Shown here one piece after another: positions 1 to 13,200 of a DNA stretch of 64,000 bases. The DNA is taken from the NCBI GenBank assembly GCA_051294905.1, contig CM119371.1:37698001-37762000 (forward strand), read 5' to 3'. Below the pieces are notes generated by a model. It had not been told where the DNA came from and did no database searches. It worked only from the letters and a program-made list of their open reading frames with translations. Position 1 is the stretch's first letter. Every line of letters starts with the position of its first letter. A program made the translations under genes and the position numbers. This DNA comes from Botryllus schlosseri (lineage: Eukaryota).

Positions 1-1215
1 TCGTATCATTTGTCGGAGGTTTCGCTCGCTTTTTTTACAACATTTTGCTCTCTGCTAGGTCAATTACTGGCTGAGTATCACTACAGCCTAAGGAACTGCA
101 CTAATTCTCGTTTTAATGTCTTGCTGGTTATCTTGCTGTCAATTCTAATAATTTGTTAATGTCTATACCAGAGCCGCCACTCAAATGTTTTGTTCTCTGT
201 ACACAATATTGTTAGGTCTTCAGCTTTCCAGGCAGAGTATCATTCCACTTTCTAGACTTAGTATATATCCCTCCAACTAGCTGCCTAATAACTGATTCGT
301 TTGGATTGTTGAATTGATCATTTTTGACAGAATGTGACGAAATTTTAGTCAAGAATTCATTTTGTGTTGGTGGCTGTTTTCAAAGATTGCTGAAGTAGTC
401 AGCGTTGATCTTGATAATCAAGTAGAAGTGGCGATTGAAGTCAGTTCTCTAGTCATATAATAATAATAAATATAATAATAAAAACTTGAAAACTTAGTGG
501 AAATAGTCCAGAATCAAATCCATTTTAGTAAGTATCGGTGAAAAAAATGTTGGAGTCATTCGTTATTCGCTACCTCTGCCATTTTCGCAGTACGAATGTC
601 TTGGCTAATAATCGTCAGTTTCATTTTATTTCTGCAGGGTGTTGAAAAGAAAACGCCAGAGGGATAATCATCATCAGACGATGAAACCTTCTGATTACTG
701 ACTGTTCTCATAGTTTCATTCATTGGCACTACTTTGCACTACAAGTAATTTCGTTCGTTTCATTTTTTCCGCCGCCATTATTTACTTGCCAATTCGTTTT
801 GAATTAAATTACCGCAAATGTGATTAATATGTAGTAGATAATGTGGTGTGTGTGTGGACGCAGCCGTGATCAGGTTATGCCCAGTGGTAGAAAACAGGTT
901 ATTATGTCAGGATCTTCTTCTAATGTAGGATCTACTTTCTACTCACCATGTTTAAAGGCTGTAGCATCTGCATAATATGTACATTATTGAAGTACATGGA
1001 AAAGACATTGAATTGAGTCGACACAAAATCCCCCTTTCTACTACCTGCCGAGATCTAATATCTACTATATCGACTCAGCTTTTCTACATCTTTGGTCTGT
1101 ACTGTGTTTACTGGGTTAGGATAGATGTCGTGCGTAAAAAATACTGAAGACATAGGCACACATGTCATCACTTGTGTATAATTGCATTTTGTATTCCGTA
1201 GCTTGTAGATTAGAA

Positions 1216-4200
1216 ATGAAGATTGCATTTATTTGCCTCGTAATTTACGCTTACATCGTCAATGCTTTTGATCGTAAGTATTCTGCGTTATGTTTCATGA
1301 AACACTATCACTCTGATTCTTGTTTCAACAGAAGGCGACAACGAGCCGATACCGCAGCAAGTGAGTCGGTTCACTATCTCGTTTTATTGACGCGGCATTC
1401 AAGTTGGCAATTTTCCATTAGTTTCAAATCGAACCTAAAAGCTATCGGTTCCAAATTTTATTTTTTCAGGCAGTGCATGACGGGTATCACGACAGGGGCA
1501 GCAGCCAAGCCTACTATGGACCTGCCTACAGACAGCGCCAGCCTACATACCGGCCTCAGCCTAATCGAAATAGCTTCGACCTCTGGAGCCCGCTCAATCT
1601 CTACTTCCTAATCAGTGAGTGGTCGAATCCAACGTGTCAGCGAAGACACTTCGAATGCAATCATTATAAATTCGCACGCTGAGCTAGCTCCTAGTAGTAG
1701 CTACAGTGGCAAGTGGCGAGATAGCGCAATGGTATAGTCCAGTGCTTTTCAACCTGTGTGACGGTTCGCACTGGTGCGAATGAAAAAAAATTACAGTGCG
1801 AATGACGAAGGTGGTGCGAATAGTGCGAATGAAAATCCGGATCAAGTGCGAATGAAAATCGTGAATAATGGTTAATTTTTCAGACGTGGACTAATTCAAA
1901 TAAACCCAATAGGAAATTCAAGGGCAGTGTAACTTTTGTATTGGCGACGCAATTGTAAAAACTTGCTTAACTAACGACGCACCACTAATTGTAGCTCCAC
2001 AAGCCGTAGTGAATTAATATTTTCGCACTATAATTATTATGTAGCCAAAAGCCTGGTTTCGAAGCTGGTATAGTGGCAGACATACAGTATATCAGCCCGT
2101 CTAAGCCCGCGACAGGCTGGAAAAAATTACGTCAAATTAACTTTCTGCTTTATTTCGCTAAACAATCACCATATTATCTTAATAACTGTTCGATTAGCGC
2201 GGGGCACGAGGACAGTTGTAAATACCATCATTCCATACTAACATTTGCAAGTTACTGTAACGCACATTTTTACCCCTTCAAAGGTTTGCTTGTTTTTTTG
2301 TGGTATTCATGGTGTTTGTAGACTACGATGATATGGTCATTTACACCAGGTCGATTTTGTTCATTATATTCCGTCGCTGCCGACTTATAGCACGGCCCAC
2401 CTCTAGGCTTTTTGTAAGACACCGCTTACGCGGGTGAGGTGGCGAGGAGAAGCCTAGGTAAACCTCCAACACTTAGGTATCGGAATTCTGAAGTCGACCT
2501 CGGTCGGACTCGAACGCGCACCCATTGGTGTTGCAGACGCGGATTATACCACTGCGCTCTCTCGCCACGCCCCCCCCCCTTCAAGGGTTATTAAAGTACG
2601 GACCGCAAAGTGTATAATTTTGGGATGACACGGTGCCAGAGCTATCTGTTAATATGTACGTAATATTTGTTGAATTTATTGCAAAAAATCCTGCGATCGT
2701 TTTACATATCCAAGGTCACTGTGTTGGGAACTGCTGTAGCCAATAAGCGAGACACGCAAAAATATGGTTTTATCATGATAATTTTAGTGACAAAACTCGT
2801 CCGACTGTTTTTTTTTTGTAAAACATGGTTGAAGACCATGGGGATGAACTAGTGTAGGGTTGTGCAACGAGCCAGTCCAGGCCTATGAGACTCATCCATT
2901 TCGAGGCCAACCCCTTCTGCGTCGGGGCACATAAAGACGTAAAATTTTGGCCAACAAACTGCTGATAAAATGCGTTGCCAAAAATATAAGCAGCGACAAA
3001 ACCTGGGTCTAAAATGACCGATGGTGGATGGCCAAACCTTTCGATATGGATATGCTCCGTTGTCGGCATGGAATAGTCCCGTTCTTTCAATCTGAGTATA
3101 AACAGTAGTACAACTGCGACACGCAGAGGAACTTAATTTGCCCGAATTTGTTATCTCGTGCGTCAGGCATGTTTTGTAGAGCTGTGTTGTTGTGGTGTGC
3201 GCGTTCTGTATGTAATACATGTCCGTAAAATCGTACCATATAACTGTCATATTAAAATGAATTCCTTTCCAAGGGTGAGGCTCTGGTTGCAAGATGCCAC
3301 AAAAACTCAAATTTTGGTGGTAGTCTAAAAGCTGCTTTACTGTTATTAAACTGCTATGAATTCTAAAGTTAGATTGACCAATTGAGCAGAACACGCAGTT
3401 CATTTGTTCTTCTCAAATACTCGCGAGACAGAAGTTGGAGCAACGTATCATGAGGTAGCGAGTTCTAATGTGCCTACTCTCCTTGATCGTATACGTTCTT
3501 GTACAAAACCCAACAACTTGTTTTGGGCCGAGAAGGGGTTTCGTGAAATAGTTTAAATGAAAACGAGCGAAAAAAGTTTTCTTTTTAATGATACTTGACA
3601 GCTTAAGCTACATATATTAGCCAATTTGTTGCACACTTGAACAAAATGTATAAAAATTGTATAACAATTTGCGTTTAGTTAGTGCGAATGAAGTTTATTT
3701 TACAAAAAAAGTGCGAATGGAGCTGAAAAAGGTTGAAAAGCACTGGTATAGTCAATAGATGCAACACCAATGGGTTGCGTGTTCGAGTCCGACCGAGGTC
3801 GACACCATCAGATCACCGACCAAAAGTGTTGAAGGTTTATCTAGGCTCCTCCTCGCAATCTCATCCGTGTAAGCGGTGTCTTATAGATGTGGTCTGTGCT
3901 ACAAGTCGGCAAAACTACGGAATAAAAATGAAGAAATTTGGCCTAATGTAAATGACCAAAGTAGTCGACAAACGCCATGAATACTGCAAACAATAACAAC
4001 AACCAACGGCGGCCTTTGACGTTCGGTGCCGATACCTACAAGCTAATATCGAACACTTATTTCTGACAAATGAACGCTGAGAAAGCTCCTGCCCCATGCA
4101 GAATCATGCGGGCACCGCGATAGGACGCTACATATTTTTCTTGATGATTTTTCGGCATATATACCGACTCATAATATACATATACATATGATCTATGCAC

Positions 4201-7200
4201 ACTAGGGATATGACTGAAAAAAAATTGCCTGTAGCAGGAATTAATGAACATTTTGGTATAAATTAATAAAATTATAATTACTTTGCTCAAATCGAAAAAA
4301 CTGTCCCGCACAAACTAACTTCAATTTTCGACACTGGTCCAAATATAGAAAAAAAATACAATTCGAAGGTATTCTTTGCTACAAATTTAATCTTCCTATA
4401 TATGCCCTTTTGCACTTCTGGTGAAGTTCATCCATCAATTTGACTTCCCTTCTTGTTATTTTGTTAGCGGCAGGGACATCTACAACGGACATATCGGACT
4501 GCCAATAAGATTTTGAGGAGCTTTATCGCTGCTGGACATTCAAGCGCAAAGATGGCAGCAATAATCTTTGGTACTCTAGAGCCCGGCCTATATTGAATTT
4601 TTGGATCGATACCGATAAAATCGATATCGCACACCTTGACCGAGAACTTCGATACATTCAGTCGATATTCCAAAGAAGTTGGATTTACATAAGCACATCT
4701 TCAAAGCTTAAGAGCATCTATTTAAACATCCTTACAGCCTTCGCTATACTTGAACATGAAATAAACTAGAAAGGCTACATCTGGACACCGGCAAAGTGTT
4801 ATCCATATGAAATATATCGATATTTTCAGTCTAGCGGTCAAAGATTATAGTTTTCCGACTTCCTACCGCCATGTTGTGACGTCATGAAAACTGACGATAA
4901 TTTTTCAGCTTCAATGGCCGATACCGATGATTCTTTCAAAGAGTGATATCGTCTCGATATCATCGGTAAACCAATAATCGGAGGGGCTCTAGTATATTCC
5001 ATCTCTAGACATCTAGTTAGAATTTCAGGTTTCCTGACACGCATTTTGAGAGGAATAGGCATGATATTTCCAGAGTTACTCTCCAGCTGGGGAGTTGGAA
5101 GCACGGAATTGCAGCCCTTGAGCTCCATCTCGCATTGCGTAGAGATGGAAGTTCATGTCATTTGATCAGTGGTAATCAACTATTTTCTATGAAAGAGCGG
5201 CATGCTCTGCACAGCACATAGATAAACTTAAAATCATCCCTCCATCAGCGGTTTTCTAATACTTCATCGGAAATTCTGGGTTGGTGGATTGTACCAATGA
5301 TGTAAGAATGATTGGACACTCCAGTCAGCTCGGAGTTTGAGCGCGTCGCGAGTCATACTTCACCAGAGTTATGGTTAAGATGTAAACAAAAGGTTTGTCG
5401 GCAATATATTTTTGGGAACTAGCGTTACCGTAGTGGAAAGTATCTATCTTGGCCTCTGTTGAAGGTGAAGTGTGTGCGCACTGTGCAGGTTTTGGTCACT
5501 GCTGCGCAAGAGGGATCCATGATAGGTAGAAAGTTCATGGCACTGTCTATTTCAGGTTTGATAGACTTGTGCACAGCCAATGATATATAAATGATTGCTC
5601 ACAGCGTATACTTCGCATAGTCATTTATAATGTCCTCCAGTTTGTCAACTCTCTCAGTCGTGGTTGGATTGCAAGACGGTGACCTCGAAAAAGTGGACGG
5701 AACAGAGACAGTCCAACATTCCCCTTCACTCAAAACATTTCCAGACTTACACAGCACCATTTATTCCTCCAACAGTCAATGTGATCATGGGAGAAGTTGA
5801 TCAAATCCGAGCGTCATAACAATGTCTCATCGTATGGGTATTACAGAAGCAGGATGTCGAACACCTTAAATACCTCACTTCTTCATGGACTCTTAAGTGC
5901 GCTGATATTAGTTGTGACTAAATTTCAATGAGGATACCAACACCATAATATCATTGAGAATTTTATGCAGGGTGTAGATATTTCATTTACTATAACACTT
6001 AAAAACTTCATAGCACATTACCAACGTACTAGAAAACATGTTTTGTTACTATGTCAGAATTTGTTGTTATCAAAATTCAGAATAACAAGAACCAAAATCT
6101 AAGTCAACGGAAAGCATATAAGTCAAGTCAATATGTAGCAAGAGCAATATGAGCCATTCAATAATGTGATATGTGCATTAGGGGTCTTCAAAAATGACTT
6201 CTTTTCTCAAATCGTACTGGCTTCTTGATAGAATTGTTGTGTTAGCAATTGTAAATATGTCTTTTGTTACTTGCTTCTATTATTGTTGAAGCGTTGGTTC
6301 CGCATGGATTCTGCTTAAAAAATTTCCAAAACCCAAACAAATAAATTTATTGATATATTTGACTGGTGATAATAGTATTTACGGTGAGCAGGGATATGGG
6401 TTGGGACCATGAAATTTTTATGTAATGCATATTTCATGGTAGAATAACTGTGAAATTTAAAATCAAGCTTTATATCAACCATACTCCTTAGAAGCACATT
6501 TCACAAGAATTTTTTTTTTGTGTAGGCCGTATCCTACAGACATTTTCAAGCCCGTCCCCCCCATTTTTTTTTCATCTGTAACTTTTTTTTCATTGAGTTT
6601 AGGGCAAAACAGTTGGTTTTATTGAATTCCTTGGCCCCAGAATTGGTTAATTGGACATTTTAATTGGTTCTCTACCATCATTTAAGCGAAAAATATCGAT
6701 TTCAAAGATTTTTGAAAGTAGCGCCACCTAGTGACGAGAGGATTTTAAATCGCAATATCTTTTGAACCGCTGAACATTTTTCAATTTTTTTTTTTAATAA
6801 ACTTGGAATTCAAAAAAGAACAACATTTGTAAATATTGGACAATTCTGAGGGTATGCATTACAGCCCCTGTTAAATTATAATGGAATTAGCCATATGCAA
6901 TATATATAGGCATATTCAAGAGAGGGATTTTGCACTGGAGGATTGTGGAGATACATTGCTGGAAAAATATTCTGGGTATTTGAGGCAGTATATACAAAAA
7001 AATACAAGTTGCTGCTTATGCTTAGGTCATAAAGCGTGATGCAAGCAGTGAAAAATCTTGAAAGTTATACATAAAATACCATAGACGTACACGCAGTCTA
7101 CACACAAAATCATTTCCTAACCTTTCAATGAATAAGATGTCATAAAAGTGTGCCCGCAAATGCCAAAATTATCTATTTAGTACAATTCTTCCAGCCAACA

Positions 7201-10200
7201 ATCTTGACGAATACTCCTTGTCAATTTTCAAGGTTTATAGGCAATTCACGAGGAACACTTCACGACGGTTAGTTTATATCGAAGAAGTGACAAAAAGTTT
7301 ACCTGGTATATTTTGAATAAATGAGCGTTGGTAGAGGTGTTCGCCCACCCCGGCGTGAAACATTACCTCGCCATGGTGACGCAACCAGCTATTGAGAGGA
7401 GCACAACATATCACGCCATGCCGATGTAAACAATAACAACTGTGGAGTGATTATCCTCAATGTAATTCTAGTGCATTGTTTTGCTGATGCAATATAGTTC
7501 GGAACATTGCCGATTATCATCATTGATGGGGAGTCAACGTTGTTAACCAAGAAAAAGTTATATCTATTATCATTCAGCAACCAGTAGCCTACAATAATAG
7601 TTTTTTGTTAGTTCTGATTTTATATTGTGAAGGTACTATCGCTATATTGATACTATACTATATAGAAGTATGCTACTTAGTTGCTCACACAATCATCGTA
7701 ATCAACCCTTCTCTTTTAATAAATCAGGTGACGTAGATTATGCCAGAAAATTTTATTATCCTCTTATAGCAATCCTTGCAGGTTTTGCACATCTATATTG
7801 ACGCTCATCCACAGTATCTTTTAATTTTTTAGGCTGTGTCGTACATGCGTGTATTCCACCGATGCTAAAATACCTAGCAGCTAGTCGCCACATTGATAAA
7901 TGTGCATCGTTAAAAATTATATTAAATCCTAGTATGCAGTACTGCCTGACTATGCTCACGAAACCAACTAAAACTAAACCAATTAGGGAATATCGATGAA
8001 ATATTACGCCAGCAAGGTCGATTGCAGCACTCCACCACAGTCGACATAACGCAATTCCGTACCTTCGCTGAAGCATAGCCCGCGACGGACTGATTTCGCC
8101 GCGAACCTATCTTATAGCGTTAAGGGGCGTGGCAGTTTCCAATCATTGTATATATCATTGATTGTACCAAGTTTTCGTAGTGTTTTACCATATCATCTCC
8201 AAATTTGTAGCAGAAAGTTGGATTTGTTGAGGACATTGGATTGATGAACTCTGATATAGGCTTTAAGAACCGATAATATTATGTCGGCAGTCAATATTGT
8301 GGTTCATGAAAACCCTTGCTCATCATAGCATTTTGCAGTTCCTCAGCAACGCCATTCCGCAGCCCAGTATCTACAGATGCTGTGTCACATATGATATGAC
8401 ATTTTTAAACTTTAATCATATTCCTCTAATCGGTTTTCTAGACCGCTGAAAGAATGTTGAGTTTTCAACTTTCGCCTTTTCGAACACCCAGTTCGATTTG
8501 TGTCAGACATATTGAAATTATACGATACATACAGTCTATATCTGAAATCAAAATTATTAATTATTTTTTAAATATTGAATTTTGACTATAAACAAGATAA
8601 CGATAGGATTAACTCAATCTGAGTTATCACAATTTACCAAAATACTATTTAAATTTTAACAATTTGAATTGCGTTAGTTAAATTCAAATCAGTCGGTATA
8701 TGTATTATATAGGCTGTATCTACATAAAAAGCCTATCCTTCATGCAATGAAAACTGGAAAAGTTTTGTGCGGGAAGGTTTGTTTAACCAGTCTTAACTTT
8801 TGTTAATTGTAAAATCAGGAGACAAAGGTTCGTCGTTTGTGACTACAGGACACACAAAATTTTGAATTTTTTTTCAAGTCATAACCCTAATGCACACTGC
8901 ACAGGCATGAGTGTATGATGAGCATATGCTGCTGGGCATTAAAAATAATATATGTATATGTGTGTATATATATTTTTAGCCTTGTAAGTAGGATTACATT
9001 TAAAACAAATAATGTCTTAATACACTTCGCTTAATGCATATTTTTAAAAGAGTCTTCAAATGGTGCCTTTACAGAAATTGCGGGTATCCAAGCGTTGCAT
9101 GAGGATACCACAATTGCGTAAATACTTTCGAAAAAACATATAGCATGGGCCTATGGATGATTTTCACCCAATACAGTCGAAGTATAAGATTTGGAATGGT
9201 TGGAACCCTCGAAATCGTCGTCGGTTCAACAATCATGTCATGTAGAAATCAGGGATGGTGTGAACCTCAGCAAGGTTCGGGTTCGTGTGAACGTGAACGT
9301 TTTAAATGGTTCTGTGTGAACGCGAACGTGAACCTAATGACGTCTCGTAACGTCATATTGATAATTCCTACCCTACATTTCAGTGATGTGATAGCCTATA
9401 ACGATGCAAACGTCGCCAAATGTATCAACTGGGACAATCAAATCATATATTAATACCATAAAATCAATATCTTTCGTCGCTTTGCCAACAATTTCGACGA
9501 GGACTTGCAAGGGAATATAAGCTTACGACTTAACGGTCTATGGCCAGACCAGACAATGCATTCGGCGTCTTGAGTAATGCTACGTTGATATTGCGAAGAG
9601 CGTAAAACCGGTTTCTATACTTGCTACAGATATTACCCAATTAACAAGTTATACAGCAGTAGTCAACACCCCAATCGCAAGGATTTCTTTTTACGATACA
9701 ATGAACACATGAACTCAAGATTGACCCCGTACGCCAGATAGAATATTTTTACATCAGACAACGATACTAATTTCATTGATTGGTTGAATAAGCATCATTC
9801 GCTGAGTACCTACAGGTAGCGTATTTCGCTCTTGATCTTGTTTGATTGCGGGTCAAGCTCACATCAAAGAGTCACTAAATATTCACAAACGGAAAGCTGG
9901 ATACTTCTACCAAACTTTTCTAACAAAGCAAGTAGAATTTTCTAGGTGCATGGTCGTTTAGTGTTTACATTTTTTATGCTGCCAGCGCCATTCATAGAGT
10001 GGCCCGCAGTTGAAATGCAATAAAGTTCAACCAAAGATGTTATAATGAAGTGGAAATTGTAACATATGAAAAAGGTTCACAGTGCAGAACCTACTAAAGT
10101 TCGTTTGCGAACGCGAACCTCCAAATTTCGGAGGTTCTCACACAGACCGCGAACGTGAACCTCACGTTCACACCATCCCAAGTAGATATATATCATCGGT

Positions 10201-13200
10201 ATGGAATGGCTGTTGTGTAGGGTTGCATTTCAAAGAAAAATTAATCGAAAACAAACATGTTTAAAACAATGCCCTTGTTTAAAACATCTTTTTTCAGCCA
10301 TGACGCCACAAATATTTAATTGTGACGTCACGGTGGATTGACCTTGACAATTTAAAATGTAGGGTAAATATGGCTCCTTCGACGAAAAGGTATTCCGCTC
10401 ACTGTCATAAACAGACCAACATATATTTAATCAGGACAACATCTTTATGCAGCATTGTTACGGTCGCCGGTCATCATCTTTAGAACACATATTCCGTACC
10501 AACGATCTATATCTACGCGCAAAAACTGTCAAACCGACGACGAGTTCGAGGGTTCCAGCCAGCCCGCATCGTATAAGTCGACTATTTTGGGTTCAAATCG
10601 TCCGCAGGCTTATAATACATGGCTGTCCGGGCGTATTTAAACGATTAATTAGACAACGTATCAAAAAAAACAATTTTTTTTAAAGGAATTTGTTTAAAAC
10701 ACTGTTCCGAACATGTGTGAAAAAAGTGGTTCAAAACACCGTTTGTTTTTAATGTCACCCTATAGTGTTATCGGTGCCGACCGTAAAAATGCTCCATAAC
10801 GATGTAATCGTGGTTAAATATATTTACGGTCCGTTTATGGCAGGGTCGGGTGACTTTTTCGTTAAAAGAGCAATATTCACCCTATATTTTAAATTATCAA
10901 TACCAATCCACGGTGACGCCAGAATTAAAGATTCGCGATGACATGGCTAAAAAAGAAAAACAAAACTACAATAAAAATGTTTTGACCATATTTGTTTTAA
11001 AGTACTTTTTGCTCTAAATGCTATCCTGCTGGTAAACTTTTCAAAGTCTTGCATCATCCCTCCACAGTACCCTGAAAATATTGAAAGCCAACCGCGGAGG
11101 GCTATGAAGTTTACTGATCACGTCTTTAGTCTCCCCCAGCTGATGATTAAACTCCCGACCTACCGATCAAGAAGCCGTGCACTTCACCATTACGCTATCT
11201 TGTCGGACAACCTGATATTGTAGACATTTTTTTGACAAATGAACGGATACATGATATATTTATTTTAGAGTTATGCAGGTCGGCCCAAACTACTGTCGCT
11301 TCAACAACAACCACAATGGCAATGGCTACAGGAACAACGGTAAGATTATTTGTTATGTATTTTTCGCCCCTTTGACTTGCCGATCCGGGCCGATAGGTCA
11401 ACGATATGTAAATACTAATAATGACCGTTTGATCGTTTGATACACGTCTAATACAGGTCTAGATCGCACTGCTTTAGGAATAGTAACATAGATTATGAAC
11501 GCAGAAATCACCATTATTACGTGCCAATGAGCTTTCCAACTTGAACCTGAAAATATGGCTATCAAGATTACTATGTAAACGCTTCAGTTTGATCATTCTT
11601 ATGAAGCGGAAGTCACAAAGCATGCACTATTCACACTGTATCATGAAACAGCAAGATTAAAATCCGGATTAAAAACGATATTGGATACCTTATTCACCCG
11701 ATACAAAACCGACTTCTTCTGCTACAGCTAGTCCCATTCGTCGATTCACTGAACGTGGAAATGTACCGGCATTCGGGCAGATTACAATAATGCTGATAAC
11801 AATATTAAAGGGTTGCTGGCACGTTCGGACCACAACTTTCACTATCCAGCAAATCATCAGAAAGCATGAATGGCTTTGATATTAATCAATATAATATGAG
11901 CAATTATCCAACCGGCAAAGAAAGTCTTGGAAAGGACTGAATGTATATATGCTTATGCACGCATCGTATGTATCAGTCGGTAGGTCTTTTGCACCATGTC
12001 TGTTCATTGATGAAAGTAGGGTTGCATTTGAAACAAAAATCAATTTAGAAAAATCATATTCAAAACATGGCCCTTGTGTAAACATATTTTTTGAGCAATG
12101 ACGTCGCGAACACCTAATTGTGACGTCCTAGTGGATTGACATTGACAATTGCAAATATTGTGTAAATATAGCTCATTGGACGGTATCGTATACGTCGGCA
12201 ATATCGGGTGGTAATCGTCCCTAAGCCCGTACAAGATGTTTTTACGTAATTATTGACACAATTATGGCATAATGACACTACTTAAAAACACAATTTTTTA
12301 AAAAGGTCTTTGTTTAAAACACCGTTTAAAACATGTTTTAAACAGCTATTTGTTTTAAATGCAACCCTACATAAAACTATGTCCCTATTGAACAACTTGA
12401 CGCAATCTATAAGTGATTGAACCATGAAAATGCAGACATTTTTCAATTGCAAGCTACAGGGTGAATCGAATTTGGCATACGCACACTGAGCTGAATGACG
12501 CCTGGATCCAGCGTGCAATAAAACGCAAGAATTCGAGCAGTGACAACAGGAAAATATCTAGTCCATAAATCAAAAAAAGTTAGGACTTTTTATCACAGAT
12601 TCCGAAATATGCTAATTACTACCTCAATCCTACTTTTGCGGGCAGAAATAATCTACTTCCCAATCACTTGATATCATATACTTCAGAATCGGTGGATATT
12701 ATCTATCTTCTAATCCAGGGGCGGGCAACATACGGCCCGCGGGCCGGATCCGGCCCGCGACGGGATTTTGTGCAGCCCGCCGACAGTTTGCGGTCTTGCG
12801 TGATGATGTGGCCCGTGCCGCCGTCTACAGGCATTTGGGCGCAAACATTTTCGAGCGTAAACATTAGCAAGACAAATCGTCGCTCCAATACAACTGATGT
12901 ACACCGCATTGGCGTAGCCAGGGGCGAATGGGGCCATGGCATACCTACTTTTTTCGAGAATATTCGTAATACAATTTTTGGGCAGATGGATTCAAACTAA
13001 AAAAATTCGCGGGATTTAGTGCCTCTACGTACGTGTCTTGATTGTGAGAATACACTATCATAGATACACCAGAATTGCCCGAGGCCGTGGGGTTACAGAG
13101 TCTTGAATGAAGTAATTGATAAGAATGAACCCACCCGAAGTGAATAATCTGCGACAATATTCTTTTGGCATGATCACCGCTCAAAATTATAATTACGTGC

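Larger units (their letters stand above)
1712..4005 (+). mobile_element. tRNA-derived SINE split by the hAT element 1740-3745
   Basis: A-box-like TAGCGCAATGG lies before the insertion and B-box GTTCGAGTCC at 3781 after it, with a (CAA)-rich tail. Homologous to the minus-strand copy at 2285-2571. Confidence 0.75.

Noticed and set aside
1162..1611. Single-exon 149-aa ORF (and the similar 44029-44454)
   Set aside because: They read through introns; the spliced model conserved in three paralogs explains the sequence better.
2495..2571. tRNA-Cys gene
   Set aside because: A/B boxes are present but no convincing acceptor stem, and it continues into a repeated body with a tail, so it is a SINE head.
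2773..3403. Minus-strand ORFs of 105 and 184 aa inside the hAT element
   Set aside because: No recognisable transposase or other motif; treated as chance ORFs.
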